Below, in pieces: positions 30,954 to 42,739 of a stretch of 64,000 nt of DNA. Both the position numbers and the translations under genes were made by a program. Under the pieces are notes generated by a model. The model worked only from the letters and a program-made list of their open reading frames with translations, was not told where the DNA came from and ran no database searches. Position 1 is the first letter of the stretch. Each line of letters begins with the position of its first letter. The stretch spans positions 224,001 through 288,000 of the forward strand of contig CAVSPA010000004.1 of NCBI GenBank assembly GCA_963729715.1, read 5' to 3'. This DNA is from an uncultured delta proteobacterium (GTDB taxonomy: Bacteria; Desulfobacterota; Syntrophia; Syntrophales; UBA2185).

Positions 30954-30982
30954 AATAGATATTAAAGATATGGAGACGCACC

Positions 30983-32443
30983 ATGCTGGATGATCATGTA
31001 AAAGAGACATTAACATTTGACGACCTTCTTCTCGTACCTTGCGAATCGAGCATTCTTCCCAAGGACGCAGAAACCTCGACCCTCCTCACTAATAATATTA
31101 CACTGAATATCCCGATTGTGAGCGCCGCCATGGATACAGTCACAGAATCCGGGACTGCCATTTGTCTTGCCCAGGAGGGAGGCATAGGGATCATCCACCG
31201 CAACATGAGCATTGAAAAGCAGGTGATCGAGGTTGATAAAGTAAAAAAATCGGAGAGCGGCATGATTGTGGATCCGATTACAATCGAACCTGAGCAGAAG
31301 GTTCACGATGCCCTCGAAGTCATGAACAAATACAGGATATCCGGCGTTCCCGTAGTCAAAAATCGCAGGCTCGTCGGAATCCTGACAAACAGGGATCTGA
31401 GATTTGAAACTAACCTTGATCAGCCTGTTGCGAATGTAATGACAAAAGATGATCTCGTTACGGTTTCATCAAATATAAGCTTAGAAGAGTCAAAGAAACT
31501 GCTGCATAAGCATAGAATAGAAAAATTGCTGGTCGTGGATGACGCATATAACTTAAAGGGAATGATTACCATTAAGGATATAGAAAAGATAAGGAGATAT
31601 CCCAATTCCTGCAAGGATTCCCGCGGCAGGCTGCGAGTAGGTGCCGCTGTCGGCATCATTGACAGGGAAGCGCGGGTAGATGCTCTATTATCTGCGGGTG
31701 TTGACGTAATTGTCATAGATACCTCGCATGGGCACTCTGTGGGTGTTTTGGATGCCATTAAAGATACAAAAATAAACTTTCCGGCCTGTGAACTGATTGC
31801 CGGCAATGTGGCCACCTCTGAGGGAGCGGAAGCTCTGATTAGTGCGGGCGTGGATGCAATCAAGGTGGGAGTCGGTCCCGGATCGATATGCACCACACGG
31901 ATAATCGCTGGCGTCGGTATCCCGCAGATGAGCGCCATAAGAGATGCGGCCAAGGTAGCAAAGAAATACGATATCCCGGTCATTTCCGACGGAGGCATTA
32001 AGTACTCCGGAGATGTTGTAAAGGCGCTTGCCGCAGGCGCCCACACAGTGATGATAGGCAGCCTGTTTGCCGGAACAGAAGAGAGTCCGGGAGAGACGAT
32101 TCTTTTCCAAGGAAGAAGTTACAAGATGTACAGGGGAATGGGTTCTCTTGAGGCCATGAAGATGGGAAGCATGGACAGATATTATCAGGATGACATAGAG
32201 AGCAGTCTGAAAACGGTACCCGAGGGCATAGAGGGCAGGGTGCCGTGCAGAGGACCTTTGTCTGCAAGCATAGGCCAGCTCGTAGGCGGACTGAAGGTTG
32301 GCATGGGCTATGTAGGTTGCAGGACGATCAAGGAACTCAGAGAAAAGACGAGATTTATCCGCATTACATCGGCGGGTCTTCGCGAAAGCCATGTTCACGA
32401 CGTAATTATCACCAAAGAAGCGCCAAATTACTGGCTGGATTGA
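30983..32443 (+). CDS. guaB: IMP dehydrogenase
   Basis: [17 protein letters not shown] pair, [23 protein letters not shown]. Confidence 0.98.
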   Translation: MLDDHVKETLTFDDLLLVPCESSILPKDAETSTLLTNNITLNIPIVSAAMDTVTESGTAICLAQEGGIGIIHRNMSIEKQVIEVDKVKKSESGMIVDPITIEPEQKVHDALEVMNKYRISGVPVVKNRRLVGILTNRDLRFETNLDQPVANVMTKDDLVTVSSNISLEESKKLLHKHRIEKLLVVDDAYNLKGMITIKDIEKIRRYPNSCKDSRGRLRVGAAVGIIDREARVDALLSAGVDVIVIDTSHGHSVGVLDAIKDTKINFPACELIAGNVATSEGAEALISAGVDAIKVGVGPGSICTTRIIAGVGIPQMSAIRDAAKVAKKYDIPVISDGGIKYSGDVVKALAAGAHTVMIGSLFAGTEESPGETILFQGRSYKMYRGMGSLEAMKMGSMDRYYQDDIESSLKTVPEGIEGRVPCRGPLSASIGQLVGGLKVGMGYVGCRTIKELREKTRFIRITSAGLRESHVHDVIITKEAPNYWLD

Positions 32444-32602
32444 GTAACAGACGGCATAGTATTAACTGCATATCACGCGGTGTATGTAACGCATTTTCAT
32501 ATACGTCTCATCTTCCAGAGGTCTCTTGTCTCGCTTGCGGAGTCTTTTGCTAGTCATCCTACTTTTCCTGCTATTTCAATTTATCAAAGGGGTAAACGTT
32601 AA

Positions 32603-35600
32603 ATGAAACCTGTCAATTTCGTCCATCTGCACGTTCATACACAGTACAGCCTGCTCGATGGAACTATTCGTCTCGACAATCTTTTCAAAAAAGCAAAGGA
32701 ATACCAGATGCAGGCAGTAGCCATGACGGATCATGGCAATATTTTTGGCGCCATTGACTTTTATCAGCATGCGCAGAAGTACGGCATTAAGCCGATTATC
32801 GGCTGCGAGCTATACGTTGCCCCCAAGAGCCGCTTCGATAAGAGTACACAAGCCACGGGGGAGGGCTTCCACCATTTGGTCGTTCTGGTTAAAAACGCGC
32901 AGGGGTACAAAAATCTGATGAGGCTTGTTACAGCAGCCTACCTGGAGGGATTCTACTATCGACCGCGCGTAGACAAGGAACTCCTCGCAAAATATAGCGA
33001 AGGCCTTATCGGACTTAGCGCATGTCTCCACGGAGAGATAGCGAGCCTGCTGCTTAAGAGGAATAAGGAAGCGGCAATGGGGGTTGCTAGTGACTACAGG
33101 AAAATATTTGGCGGCGGCAATTTCTATCTCGAGGTCATGGAGAACGGTCTTCCTGAACAAAAGATTGTAAATAGTGGTCTTATTGAAGTGAGTCGGGAAC
33201 TTTCGATTCCCCTTGTGGCGACTAATGACTGCCACTATATCGATCGGGAAGATGCTGAAGCACACGAAGTCCTCCTATGTATACAGACGGGTAAGACCAT
33301 GGATGATACTGACCGGATGAAATTCAAGACAGACCAGTTTTACTTCCGCTCACCTGAAGCCATGACGCGCCTATTTCAGGACATTCCGGAGTCCGTTAAC
33401 AATACCGCAGTCATTGCGGAGAAATGTAATTTGACTTTTGATTTTGGCAATATTTATCTGCCAAATTTTGAGGTCGGTACGAATGAATCGCTTGATGAAC
33501 ATTTGTCAGGGCTCGCGAAAAAGGGATTGGATAAGTTGCTGCCCTTGATCATGAGGGGCGCAGAGGACAAGGGTGTATGCGAACAATACGAGAAGCGTCT
33601 GCAGGAAGAACTGGAGATGATCAAGTCTATGGGATTCGCCGGATATTTTCTTATTGTGTCTGATTTTGTGAATTATGCAAAGCAAAGAAATATCCCTGTG
33701 GGTCCCGGCAGAGGTTCTGCCGCCGGAAGTCTCGTTGCCTACGCATTAGGTATTACCAATATAGATCCTATACGGTATGGACTTTTTTTTGAGAGGTTCT
33801 TAAATCCGGACCGCATAAGCATGCCTGATATAGATATAGATTTCTGTCAGGACGGCCGCGATGAGATCATCAAGTACGTGACAGATAAATATGGGAGCGA
33901 TAAAGTTGCGCAGATCATTACATTCGGCAAAATGCAGGCAAAGGCGGTCATTAGGGACGTGGGGAGGGCACTGAACATATCATACGGTGAAGTGGATAGC
34001 ATTGCAAAGTTGATCCCCAATATCCTGAACATTTCGCTCGACATGGCGATCCAGATGGAGCCACGGCTTCAGGAAGAGGAGAAAAGAAATGAGAAAGTGA
34101 GAAGGCTCCTGTCCCTGTCAAGAGCCCTCGAGGGTTTAAACCGACATTCATCCACCCATGCCGCGGGTGTTGTCATATCCGATGTGCCCCTTGTCGAGCG
34201 TGTGCCGCTATGCAAGAGCCCTAAGGATGAAATTGTGACGCAATACTCCATGATGGATCTTCAGGCAGTGGGGCTAACGAAATTTGATTTTCTGGGACTG
34301 AAGACCCTTACAGTCATCAAGAACACACTTAAGTTTATAAAGGAGGGTAGGGGGGAGGAAATTGATATCGATAAAATTCCGCTCCAGGATCAAAAAACTT
34401 ATCAATTGTTAATGAAGGGTAATGCGGACGGCATATTTCAGCTGGAAAGTGCCGGTATGAAGGATATCCTCGTAAATATGAAACCCGACTGCATCGAGGA
34501 AATCATCGCTTTGATTGCCCTGTATAGACCGGGGCCGATGAATATGGTTCCGGAATTCATTTCGCGCAAACAGGGTAAGACAAAGATTGTTTATGAAATC
34601 TCCGAGCTGAAGGAAATATTGAAAGAGACATATGGCGTTATCGTGTACCAGGAACAGGTAATGCAAATAGCTGGCGCTGTCGGCGGCTATACTATGGCTG
34701 AAGCTGATATACTGCGCAAGGTCATGAGCAAGAAAAAGACATCGGAGATGGAGAAGGAGAGACCTAAATTTCTCGAAGGTGCAAGGCGCAGAAATGTACC
34801 CGAAAAAAAAGCGAGAAAAATCTGGCAGCAGATGGAGACATTTGCAGAATACGGATTTAACAAGTCCCACAGCACCGCTTACGCCATGATATCCTACCAA
34901 ACCGCCTATCTGAAAGCTAATTTTCCCGTTGAATTTATGGCAGCCCTGCTCACAAGTGAAAAGGACAACAGGGACAAGATCATCAAGTACATAAACAGCT
35001 GCAAAGATATGGGTATAAATGTGCTTCCTCCCGATATCAATGAATCGCAGAGCGATTTCAGCGTTATCGGCGAACACATCCGCTTCGGTCTCGCTGCCGT
35101 CAAGAATGTGGGGTTAGGTGCGATTGAATCGATTATATCTGTAAGGAAAGAGGAGGGGAAATTTGCGACTTTTGACGATTTCTGCACACGCGTAGATCTC
35201 AGGAAAATCAACAAGAGGATGATCGAAAGCCTGATCAAATGTGGAGTGTTTGATTCGCTTGGCTATAGAAGAAGTCAGCTGATGAAATACTATGAAGGTA
35301 TCATCGATACGGCCCAGAGGCGCCAAAAGGAAAAGTCGAGTGGTCAGACCAGTTTCTTTGACCACATGGACGGCGAAAAGATTGCGCATCTCGATATCAT
35401 GCAAGAATGTGCGATTTGTGACATACCCGAATGGGATCACAAGGAATTACTCGCCCATGAGAAAGAGACCCTCGGATTCTATATCACAGGTCATCCGCTT
35501 CTTCGATTTTCCGAAAAACTCCATGCCGTGGCCAATGCCGACAGCTCGAGCATCAATGATAGGAAGGATCGCGACACGGTTGCCTTTGGCGGTGTAGTGA

Positions 35601-36088
35601 GCAATATTCGAGAGGTGACTACAAAGAAGAAAGAGGTCATGGCCTATATTACCATCGAGGATCTCAGAGGCTCTGTCACGGTGATATGCTTTGCAGATCT
35701 GTACAATAAGGCATTTGGGCTTGTGCACTCCGAAGAGCCCGTCGTAATTAAAGGAACCATAGATGCAGGCGAGGAGGGGATCAAAGTAATCGCTTCTGAA
35801 ATTATCCCTCTCGGCGATGCAGTCGAACAGCCTTATGATGTGGTGCACTTCACTGTTGATGTTTCAAGTACATCTGCGGCAGACATCGAGTCTTTGCATA
35901 AATTACTCACTAATCACAAGGGAAAGTGCGGCGGCTTTATGCGTATCGTCAATGGCAATAGCGAAGTTATTGTTTACCTGGGAAGAGATTTGCAGATCGA
36001 ACTGACCGATAAATTGAAGGGAGATGCAGACAGCCTTCTCGGTGCAGGGTCGACACGTTTCAGCTACAGGACTATTGAGACGGAATAA
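32603..36088 (+). CDS. dnaE: DNA polymerase III alpha subunit
   Basis: HLHVHTQYSLLDG PHP domain, GRGSAAGS, PDIDID, YGFNKSH, OB fold; no intein. Confidence 0.98.
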   Translation: MKPVNFVHLHVHTQYSLLDGTIRLDNLFKKAKEYQMQAVAMTDHGNIFGAIDFYQHAQKYGIKPIIGCELYVAPKSRFDKSTQATGEGFHHLVVLVKNAQGYKNLMRLVTAAYLEGFYYRPRVDKELLAKYSEGLIGLSACLHGEIASLLLKRNKEAAMGVASDYRKIFGGGNFYLEVMENGLPEQKIVNSGLIEVSRELSIPLVATNDCHYIDREDAEAHEVLLCIQTGKTMDDTDRMKFKTDQFYFRSPEAMTRLFQDIPESVNNTAVIAEKCNLTFDFGNIYLPNFEVGTNESLDEHLSGLAKKGLDKLLPLIMRGAEDKGVCEQYEKRLQEELEMIKSMGFAGYFLIVSDFVNYAKQRNIPVGPGRGSAAGSLVAYALGITNIDPIRYGLFFERFLNPDRISMPDIDIDFCQDGRDEIIKYVTDKYGSDKVAQIITFGKMQAKAVIRDVGRALNISYGEVDSIAKLIPNILNISLDMAIQMEPRLQEEEKRNEKVRRLLSLSRALEGLNRHSSTHAAGVVISDVPLVERVPLCKSPKDEIVTQYSMMDLQAVGLTKFDFLGLKTLTVIKNTLKFIKEGRGEEIDIDKIPLQDQKTYQLLMKGNADGIFQLESAGMKDILVNMKPDCIEEIIALIALYRPGPMNMVPEFISRKQGKTKIVYEISELKEILKETYGVIVYQEQVMQIAGAVGGYTMAEADILRKVMSKKKTSEMEKERPKFLEGARRRNVPEKKARKIWQQMETFAEYGFNKSHSTAYAMISYQTAYLKANFPVEFMAALLTSEKDNRDKIIKYINSCKDMGINVLPPDINESQSDFSVIGEHIRFGLAAVKNVGLGAIESIISVRKEEGKFATFDDFCTRVDLRKINKRMIESLIKCGVFDSLGYRRSQLMKYYEGIIDTAQRRQKEKSSGQTSFFDHMDGEKIAHLDIMQECAICDIPEWDHKELLAHEKETLGFYITGHPLLRFSEKLHAVANADSSSINDRKDRDTVAFGGVVSNIREVTTKKKEVMAYITIEDLRGSVTVICFADLYNKAFGLVHSEEPVVIKGTIDAGEEGIKVIASEIIPLGDAVEQPYDVVHFTVDVSSTSAADIESLHKLLTNHKGKCGGFMRIVNGNSEVIVYLGRDLQIELTDKLKGDADSLLGAGSTRFSYRTIETE

Positions 36089-36126
36089 ACGTAGCAACAA
36101 AACCTGCCATCCAGACATATCTCACC

Positions 36127-36846
36127 ATGAACTATCAAGAAAGGACCTACAGAAACCGCATATCGCGCAATAGCCTTACACAGTTCCGTCTCTGTGTACG
36201 TGAAACAGACCTTTTAATACACAGCGATACCGACCTTTCCCAGAAAGCCCTCGAATCTGTTTATGCCTATCGCGGATTCATCGAGTCCTATATTAAGACC
36301 CATCCGGACTTTCTGACTTCCCTAGCCCCCATACATGATAATGATGTCGCTCCCCCGATCATAAGGGACATGCTAAAGGCATCGCTTGCGGCTGATGTAG
36401 GCCCAATGGCCACTGTCGCCGGTGCCATTTCGGAATATGTGGCTAACGACCTCCTCAAGCTGACGCAGAATATTATCATCGAAAACGGGGGTGATATTTA
36501 TTTAAAAAGTCAGGAAGAGGTAAGGGTCGCGGTGTTCGCCGGCAATTCGCCCTTAACCTACAAGATCGGTCTATTATTAAAACCGGAGCAGATGCCCCTC
36601 GGCGTTTGCACCTCGTCTGGAACTGTGGGACACTCGCTCAGCTTTGGAAAAGCAGATGCAGTCTGTGTTCTCTCCAGATCGTCCACCATGGCTGATGCAG
36701 CCGCCACTGCCATCGGAAATATGGTGAAAGGCAAAAGAGATATTCGGACCGCCCTTGAAAAGGGTATCAAAATAGAGGGGGTCCTGGGCGTCTTGATCGT
36801 GATAGCGGAGCATTTTGGCGTCATCGGGGACGTTGAGTTGATTTAG
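36127..36846 (+). CDS. UPF0280 / ApbE-like protein
   Basis: ETDL, GPMATVAGA, ENGGDI, CTSSGTVGHSLSFG, ADAAATA. Confidence 0.85.
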   Translation: MNYQERTYRNRISRNSLTQFRLCVRETDLLIHSDTDLSQKALESVYAYRGFIESYIKTHPDFLTSLAPIHDNDVAPPIIRDMLKASLAADVGPMATVAGAISEYVANDLLKLTQNIIIENGGDIYLKSQEEVRVAVFAGNSPLTYKIGLLLKPEQMPLGVCTSSGTVGHSLSFGKADAVCVLSRSSTMADAAATAIGNMVKGKRDIRTALEKGIKIEGVLGVLIVIAEHFGVIGDVELI

Positions 36847-36956
36847 CAGAATAATGCAGATCAGAGTGGATTGCGCTGGAAGACTTCTAGATTGCGTGTT
36901 GAGCGAAGTTTACATAATATATCTTATAAGACGTATAATACAGATCACAGAGATCG

Positions 36957-37901
36957 CTAAAAGCCTTCCTCTGCCAGTTGCCTTACGAGCCCTATTTGTC
37001 TCTCCGTCAGCTTCTTCGGCACATCGACGATTATTTTCACATATTGGTCCCCCTTTCCCGAACCTTTCAATGGAGGTACTCCGAAGCCTTTCATTCTGAT
37101 CTTTGTATTGTTCTGCGTTCCCGGCGGTATCTTTATTCGCTTAACCGTGCCTTCTATTGTCGGAATGTCGATGCTCGTTCCGAGAACGGCCTGAGAGAAA
37201 TTGATTGTCTTGTCTATATAGATGTCGTTGCCGTCTCTAGCAAAAATTGGGTGCGTGAGAATGGTGATATTTATGTAGAGATCACCCGGAGGGCCTCCAT
37301 CAATTCCGGGGCCTCCCTTACCGGCTAACCTCAGTTTCTTTCCGGAATTTATGCCTGGCGGTATCTTGAAATTTATCTCCTCGACGCTATCATCTTTTTG
37401 CAGGGCTAATTTCTTCTCTGCACCTAATACTGATTCTTCTAATGTTATTGACAAGTTATATTCGAAATCCTGTCCTTTCTGCGGGGCCCTGGAGAATCTC
37501 TGCCGTTCCCCGTCGAAGATATCGGAAAACGAACCGCCCTGTCCAAAAGTGAAGCCCCCTGCCCTGTTTGCTCTGAAATTTCTGGGTCCGGCAGCGCCTG
37601 CATCGCCAAAGCCGAAACCTCGCAGGATATCATTAAGATCGAAGCCGCGAAAAATATCCTCCTGCGTATATCGCTGTCTGTATTGATCGGCAGAACCGAA
37701 AGTGTCATATTCTTCTTTCTTCTTGGGATCACTGAGGACGGCATAGGCCTCACTTATCTTCTTAAATTTCTCCTCGGCTGCTTTATTATTCGGGTTCTTG
37801 TCAGGATGCCACTTAAGAGCCAGTTTTCTGTAGGCTTTCTTTATGTCTTCGGTGGTAGCGTTTTTATCCAGACCTAACATTTTGTAATAGTCTTCGGCCA
37901 T
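36957..37901 (-). CDS. DnaJ-class co-chaperone lacking zinc finger (CbpA-like)
   Basis: J domain with HPD, G/F region, DnaJ C-terminal domain. Confidence 0.92.
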   Translation of the reverse strand: MAEDYYKMLGLDKNATTEDIKKAYRKLALKWHPDKNPNNKAAEEKFKKISEAYAVLSDPKKKEEYDTFGSADQYRQRYTQEDIFRGFDLNDILRGFGFGDAGAAGPRNFRANRAGGFTFGQGGSFSDIFDGERQRFSRAPQKGQDFEYNLSITLEESVLGAEKKLALQKDDSVEEINFKIPPGINSGKKLRLAGKGGPGIDGGPPGDLYINITILTHPIFARDGNDIYIDKTINFSQAVLGTSIDIPTIEGTVKRIKIPPGTQNNTKIRMKGFGVPPLKGSGKGDQYVKIIVDVPKKLTERQIGLVRQLAEEGF

Positions 37902-38141
37902 AACCTACCTTTCTGATTTCTATTGGAATATCCTGAGAGAAATGAGTAAATTTTACGCACCTTTCAGCCTATATAACTTACCCATTCGCTTCAAATTGTC
38001 AAGGACCGGCATTGAGCGCCAATGTCAAAAAAGTTCTGTAGTCTATGAGAGAGCCGGTGCAATTCCGCAGTTACAAAAAGCTCAGTCTATTACAAAGGCA
38101 CATGATAATTATGAAAAGCTATCATTAATAGAGCATTATAC

Positions 38142-39086
38142 CTAGAATTTAAGGTTGAACATCAGGTAATTTGAAGAGGCCTTAGGATCATGCTGAAGCG
38201 ATACGGAGCCCATCTCTTTCAGATGCTCTATGAAGTCTTCCCGTATTTTCTCATTATATTTGTGGGCACTACTTACAGCACTGTAGATGTTGCCAGTGTA
38301 CCAGCCGAGCTCGAAGAACGTTACGATCCCCCCCGCGACATAATTCTCGTGGCGAAAAAGCTCTATGGCGCCGAATATGAATGTGCCGTTCAAAAGAAAC
38401 GCGACCAGTGCATCTGTTGGTCTGTCTGTGTAAAGATGGCCGGCACCTGGAAGAATAGCTGCAAGGGTGCCTGCCGTGGCAGGCGATTTCTTGGGCAGTT
38501 CATCAATATGCAGAAGCTCTGACGCTATGATACTTGCGGATCCCGAGAGCCGGCTGTCCTTAGGCACAATGGAAAATGTTTCTCTGGCCTTCAGCCATTC
38601 CTGCATCTCCATGTGGACGATGGCGCTCTCGTAGACGGCCTTATCGGAAAATTCAATAGATTTTGATTTGATTACGTCCTGAAAGGTTGAAAGTGCATCC
38701 ATATATAACCTCAGCTGCTTTTCCGCTATGCCCTTTAAATACAGGGCCCCGGGTGTCATTGGGCTTGTGGGATATTTTTTGATGAAAGTAGTGAGAGCCT
38801 CGCGAGTTTCCTGCCATCTCTTTGCTCTGTAATAACTTTCCCCGATTCTGTATGCACATGTCTCGACCAGCTTATTTTCGGGAAAGAAATGGATAAATCG
38901 CTTATACTCGCCGATGGCCCTATAATAATCCCCTTCTGCAAGGAGTGCTTCCGCGAAGGAGAATTGAGTATCGGCATTAATGATATGGGTATCGGACGCC
39001 CCTGCCACGTGTATAGGAATTAAGACAGGCGTAATCACCATCGCACAGATAACCAGCCACGCATGTATGCAATCAGCAGATTTCAT
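38142..39086 (-). CDS. Tetratricopeptide-repeat exported/membrane protein
   Basis: Signal peptide, BamD/YbgF-like TPRs, C-terminal LPGAGHLY and hydrophobic segments. Confidence 0.75.
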   Translation of the reverse strand: MKSADCIHAWLVICAMVITPVLIPIHVAGASDTHIINADTQFSFAEALLAEGDYYRAIGEYKRFIHFFPENKLVETCAYRIGESYYRAKRWQETREALTTFIKKYPTSPMTPGALYLKGIAEKQLRLYMDALSTFQDVIKSKSIEFSDKAVYESAIVHMEMQEWLKARETFSIVPKDSRLSGSASIIASELLHIDELPKKSPATAGTLAAILPGAGHLYTDRPTDALVAFLLNGTFIFGAIELFRHENYVAGGIVTFFELGWYTGNIYSAVSSAHKYNEKIREDFIEHLKEMGSVSLQHDPKASSNYLMFNLKF

Positions 39087-39176
39087 GAAAAATCGATTTA
39101 TAGACTCCTATCTTAATAGGAATGGTAGAATGAAGCATTGAAAACCACGGAAATGAGAATTTCAGGCCTTCCTCTC

Positions 39177-39782
39177 TTACGCTATTCGTCCCATATGAAA
39201 GGCTTTGAGGTTTACTTCGATGGCTTTCTTGGGAAAGGATCTGCGGATGACCTTCTCCCAAAGCGAAATATCAAACTGGGGCAGATAGGATGACAAAACT
39301 CCCAAGAGGGCAGTATTCTCTGTTCTTACGTCTCCCACTTTTAGAGCCATATTATTGGCATTAACAACTTTCACAATCTTGAAGATATTCCTTACTATGT
39401 CAATCACGTTGTCAGGATAAGTGGCGTTACCGAGGTTTACGGAGGGGGGATAGATCTCCCTTTCGCTAATAATTATACGGCCTCCCGGCTTCAGAAAATC
39501 AAGATAACGGAGCGTTTCCAATTTTTCAAATGAGACGAGGATATCGACGTCTCCTCTTCTTGCAATGGGAGAGTAGACCTTGTTGCCGTATCGCACATGG
39601 CTGGTTACACATCCGCCCCGCTGAGCCATCCCGTGGACCTCGCTTTTCTTGACATCCAGGCCGGCTTCCATCACCACGTGACATAAGATATCGCTTGCGC
39701 GGAGTATTCCCTGGCCGCCTACTCCGGCGAAAAGGATACTCCTGACATCACCGTCGATTTTCATAAAATCATATGACCTCAA
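39177..39782 (-). CDS. iorB: Indolepyruvate:ferredoxin oxidoreductase beta subunit
   Basis: GVGGQG, SEVHGMAQRGGCV. Confidence 0.93.
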   Translation of the reverse strand: MRSYDFMKIDGDVRSILFAGVGGQGILRASDILCHVVMEAGLDVKKSEVHGMAQRGGCVTSHVRYGNKVYSPIARRGDVDILVSFEKLETLRYLDFLKPGGRIIISEREIYPPSVNLGNATYPDNVIDIVRNIFKIVKVVNANNMALKVGDVRTENTALLGVLSSYLPQFDISLWEKVIRRSFPKKAIEVNLKAFHMGRIA

Positions 39783-41562
39783 TCACGGCACCGGCATTGC
39801 ATACCTGCTCGCATAGCGTGCAGCCTGTGCAAAGCTCACTATCAATGGATGCTACACCTTCCTGTTTCTTTGCATTCCTCTTGACTGTCTCACTTGGCAT
39901 ATCCTCGAATTTTATCCATGAGATTGCCGGACACCCAAGACCAATACAGGCCTTGCAACCGACACACTTATCCGTATCAACTTCGAATGTTTTTCGAACA
40001 CCTTTCATTTCTCTCTTGAACAACACGCAGGCTCTTTGCGATATTACGACGGAAGCACCCGGCCTTGCCAATTCTTCCTTTAGCACCTTCCGCGTCATCT
40101 TAATATCGTAAGGATCTATTACACGCACGCTGCCTATCCCCACCGCAGAGGCCAGCTTCTTAAAATCAAGCGCCTTTGTTTTTTCCCCCTGCAGGGTATA
40201 GCCGGTAGCCGGATGGTCCTGCATGCCCGTCATGGCTGTTGTTCTGTTATCGCAAATGACAATGACTGCGTCGCTCTTATTATAGGCCATATTCAAGAGC
40301 GGTGTGATGCCGGAATGAATGAATGTGGAATCCCCGATAACACCGACAACCTTTCCTTTACCTTTATCCTTTAATGCCTTGCTCATGCCATGCGCCATGC
40401 CGATACTCGCACCCATGCAGATACATGCATGAAGGCCTTCGAGAGGCTTCATGAAAGATAAAGTGTAACAGCCTATGTCACCTGCGACAAAGGTCTTTAG
40501 TTTTCCCAGCACATAGAATAATCCCCTGTGGGGACAGCCAGGACAGAGATTTGGCGGTCTCGGCGGGATCGTCACTTCCGCCATGATTGACTTGGAAATC
40601 TTTTTACGTTTAATGGCCGTATGAATCACGCCGGGATCAAATTCATTTGTGTAGGGAAAGATGTCTTTCCCTATCACCTTGACACCCATTGCCTTGACCT
40701 GCTCCTCAATAAATGGGTCGAGTTCTTCAATCACATAGATTTTTCTCACCTTCGAGGCAAATTGACGGATGAGGCCGGAAGGGAGCGGATAAACCATACC
40801 GAGTTTCAAATACGAGAAATCGGGAAAGGCATCTTTTGCGTAATTATAAGGCATACCGGCCGTAATAATGCCGATTTCAGGATCATTCAATTCTATCTTG
40901 TTTCCGGGAAAAGTTTCAGCAAATTCTCTGAGCCTATGAAGTCTATTTTCCACCTCTATCCTTCTGACACGGGCATATGCAGGGACCATGACATATTTTG
41001 CGGCATTGATTTGTATTGCCGTGCAATCCCTGGCACTTGACAGGTCACCCAAAGATACGACGGATTTTGAATGGGAAACACGTGTAGTTGTCCGGAAGAA
41101 AACGGGTGTATCAAATCTTTCACTCAAATCGAAAGCAATCCTGATGTAATCCTTGGCCTCCTGACTATCCGCAGGCTCAATCATAGGTATCTTTGCAAAT
41201 TTGGCATAATTTCGGTTATCCTGTTCATTTTCGGAACTGTGCAGCGAAGGGTCATCAGCAGTAATGATGACAAGCGCTCCGTTAGTTCCCGTATAGCTCA
41301 GTGTGAACAGCGGGTCCGCGGCGACATTGACGCCGACATGCTTCATGACAACCATGGCCTTTGCGCCGGCCAATGCAGCCCCTATACCTACTTCCAGAGC
41401 CACCTTTTCATTGGGAGACCATTCGGCATAAACGCCGTCGTACTTTGCAAAGTTCTCGACAATCTCAGTGCTCGGTGTTCCCGGATAACCAGCTACGAAA
41501 CGGACTCCGTGTTCGAAGGCGCCTCTTGCAATACTCTCATTTCCTGACATCAATACTTTCAT
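39769..41562 (-). CDS. iorA: Indolepyruvate:ferredoxin oxidoreductase alpha subunit
   Basis: GNESIARG, YPGTPSTE, RPPNLCPGCPHR, GDIGCY, GDSTF, C-terminal 2x[4Fe-4S]. Confidence 0.95.
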   Translation of the reverse strand: MKVLMSGNESIARGAFEHGVRFVAGYPGTPSTEIVENFAKYDGVYAEWSPNEKVALEVGIGAALAGAKAMVVMKHVGVNVAADPLFTLSYTGTNGALVIITADDPSLHSSENEQDNRNYAKFAKIPMIEPADSQEAKDYIRIAFDLSERFDTPVFFRTTTRVSHSKSVVSLGDLSSARDCTAIQINAAKYVMVPAYARVRRIEVENRLHRLREFAETFPGNKIELNDPEIGIITAGMPYNYAKDAFPDFSYLKLGMVYPLPSGLIRQFASKVRKIYVIEELDPFIEEQVKAMGVKVIGKDIFPYTNEFDPGVIHTAIKRKKISKSIMAEVTIPPRPPNLCPGCPHRGLFYVLGKLKTFVAGDIGCYTLSFMKPLEGLHACICMGASIGMAHGMSKALKDKGKGKVVGVIGDSTFIHSGITPLLNMAYNKSDAVIVICDNRTTAMTGMQDHPATGYTLQGEKTKALDFKKLASAVGIGSVRVIDPYDIKMTRKVLKEELARPGASVVISQRACVLFKREMKGVRKTFEVDTDKCVGCKACIGLGCPAISWIKFEDMPSETVKRNAKKQEGVASIDSELCTGCTLCEQVCNAGAVIEVI

Positions 41563-41626
41563 AGACACTGTTTGTCCCTGTAGCACAAAATAGAAAAGAT
41601 CACCTCAAATAATTGTGAGCTTATCT

Positions 41627-42310
41627 TCAGTTGATCGTTGATATTATCCTTTTTAAGAGAAGTTCCATGGAGGGATCGGCAGTGTTGTTTAGAGCTTTTT
41701 GATAGTACTCTAAGGCTTTATCTTTGTTATTCATCTCTTCGTATACCCGTGCCATGTTTCTGTAGGTCATCCCTTCAAAGCCGCCACCTGATTTTGCATT
41801 TGCCGCTTTCTCGAATGACTCCAGGGCATGCGGGAGGTCCACCTTTTTTTCGTAACAGTAACCTATGCTATTGTATGCAAGAATTTTCAGGTCGTTTCCA
41901 TCCGGAACTTCCTTGAGAAATTCCGTATATGCATTTATCGAGGCATCCATGTCTCCGAGGTTGTAGTGCATATTTCCCATTTGATAATATGACATCATGG
42001 CAGCCTTTGATCCGGGATATTGAGTTATGACGTCATTATACATTTTTATGCTATTTTGATCAGATGTAACTCCCTGACGGGCAGCTTTCATGCTGGTAAT
42101 ATTGGCTATCGCGTAAAGCCGCTGGCCTTTCTCCTCATAGTTCATCCTGTATAAGTACCAGCCGGAAAATATTATGATAATTGAGATTGCAATTCCCGAT
42201 GCCAGGTAGATCTTCGATCTATTTGCCGATATGTAGGCACTGGCCGTACTTAACGCGACCTGGAAGGAATCGGGTTGTTCAATTTCCTTTTTTGTGATTT
42301 TTTTTGCCAT
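41627..42310 (-). CDS. Membrane-anchored TPR protein (YfgM-like)
   Basis: N-terminal TM followed by several TPRs. Confidence 0.75.
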   Translation of the reverse strand: MAKKITKKEIEQPDSFQVALSTASAYISANRSKIYLASGIAISIIIIFSGWYLYRMNYEEKGQRLYAIANITSMKAARQGVTSDQNSIKMYNDVITQYPGSKAAMMSYYQMGNMHYNLGDMDASINAYTEFLKEVPDGNDLKILAYNSIGYCYEKKVDLPHALESFEKAANAKSGGGFEGMTYRNMARVYEEMNNKDKALEYYQKALNNTADPSMELLLKRIISTIN

Positions 42311-42322
42311 ATAAATTTCCTA

Positions 42323-42739
42323 TCAAAATTTTATTTGTATTTGCTCGTTGACTTTTTCAAGGATGAAGGCTGGAATCCTCACTATCTTGCCCAGCCTGCT
42401 TGTGCAGGCATGCACCGTATAACCTTCAACAAGGGCTTTTCCCCTGTCTTCATCCCAGATCGTATAGACAAATTTCATGCTCGCCCTTTTGATATATTCC
42501 AATTCAGTTTCGACCACGATTACCTGGTCATATTTGGCTGGAAAACGGTAGTTGCAATACGCCTCCGTCAAAGGCAGATTATAACCCTGTGTTTCCATCT
42601 CAGCATATACTATGCCCACACTTCTGAGAAGTTCCGTCCGCCCAATTTCGAACCATTTGATATAATTCGTGTGATAGACGATGCCCATGGCATCGGTATC
42701 AGCGTAAATGACACGTATGCTAATTTGATTTCTCTTCAA
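42323..42739 (-). CDS. Acyl-CoA thioesterase (YbgC/4HBT family)
   Basis: YADTDAMGIVYHTNYIKWFEIGR. Confidence 0.9.
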   Translation of the reverse strand: MKRNQISIRVIYADTDAMGIVYHTNYIKWFEIGRTELLRSVGIVYAEMETQGYNLPLTEAYCNYRFPAKYDQVIVVETELEYIKRASMKFVYTIWDEDRGKALVEGYTVHACTSRLGKIVRIPAFILEKVNEQIQIKF

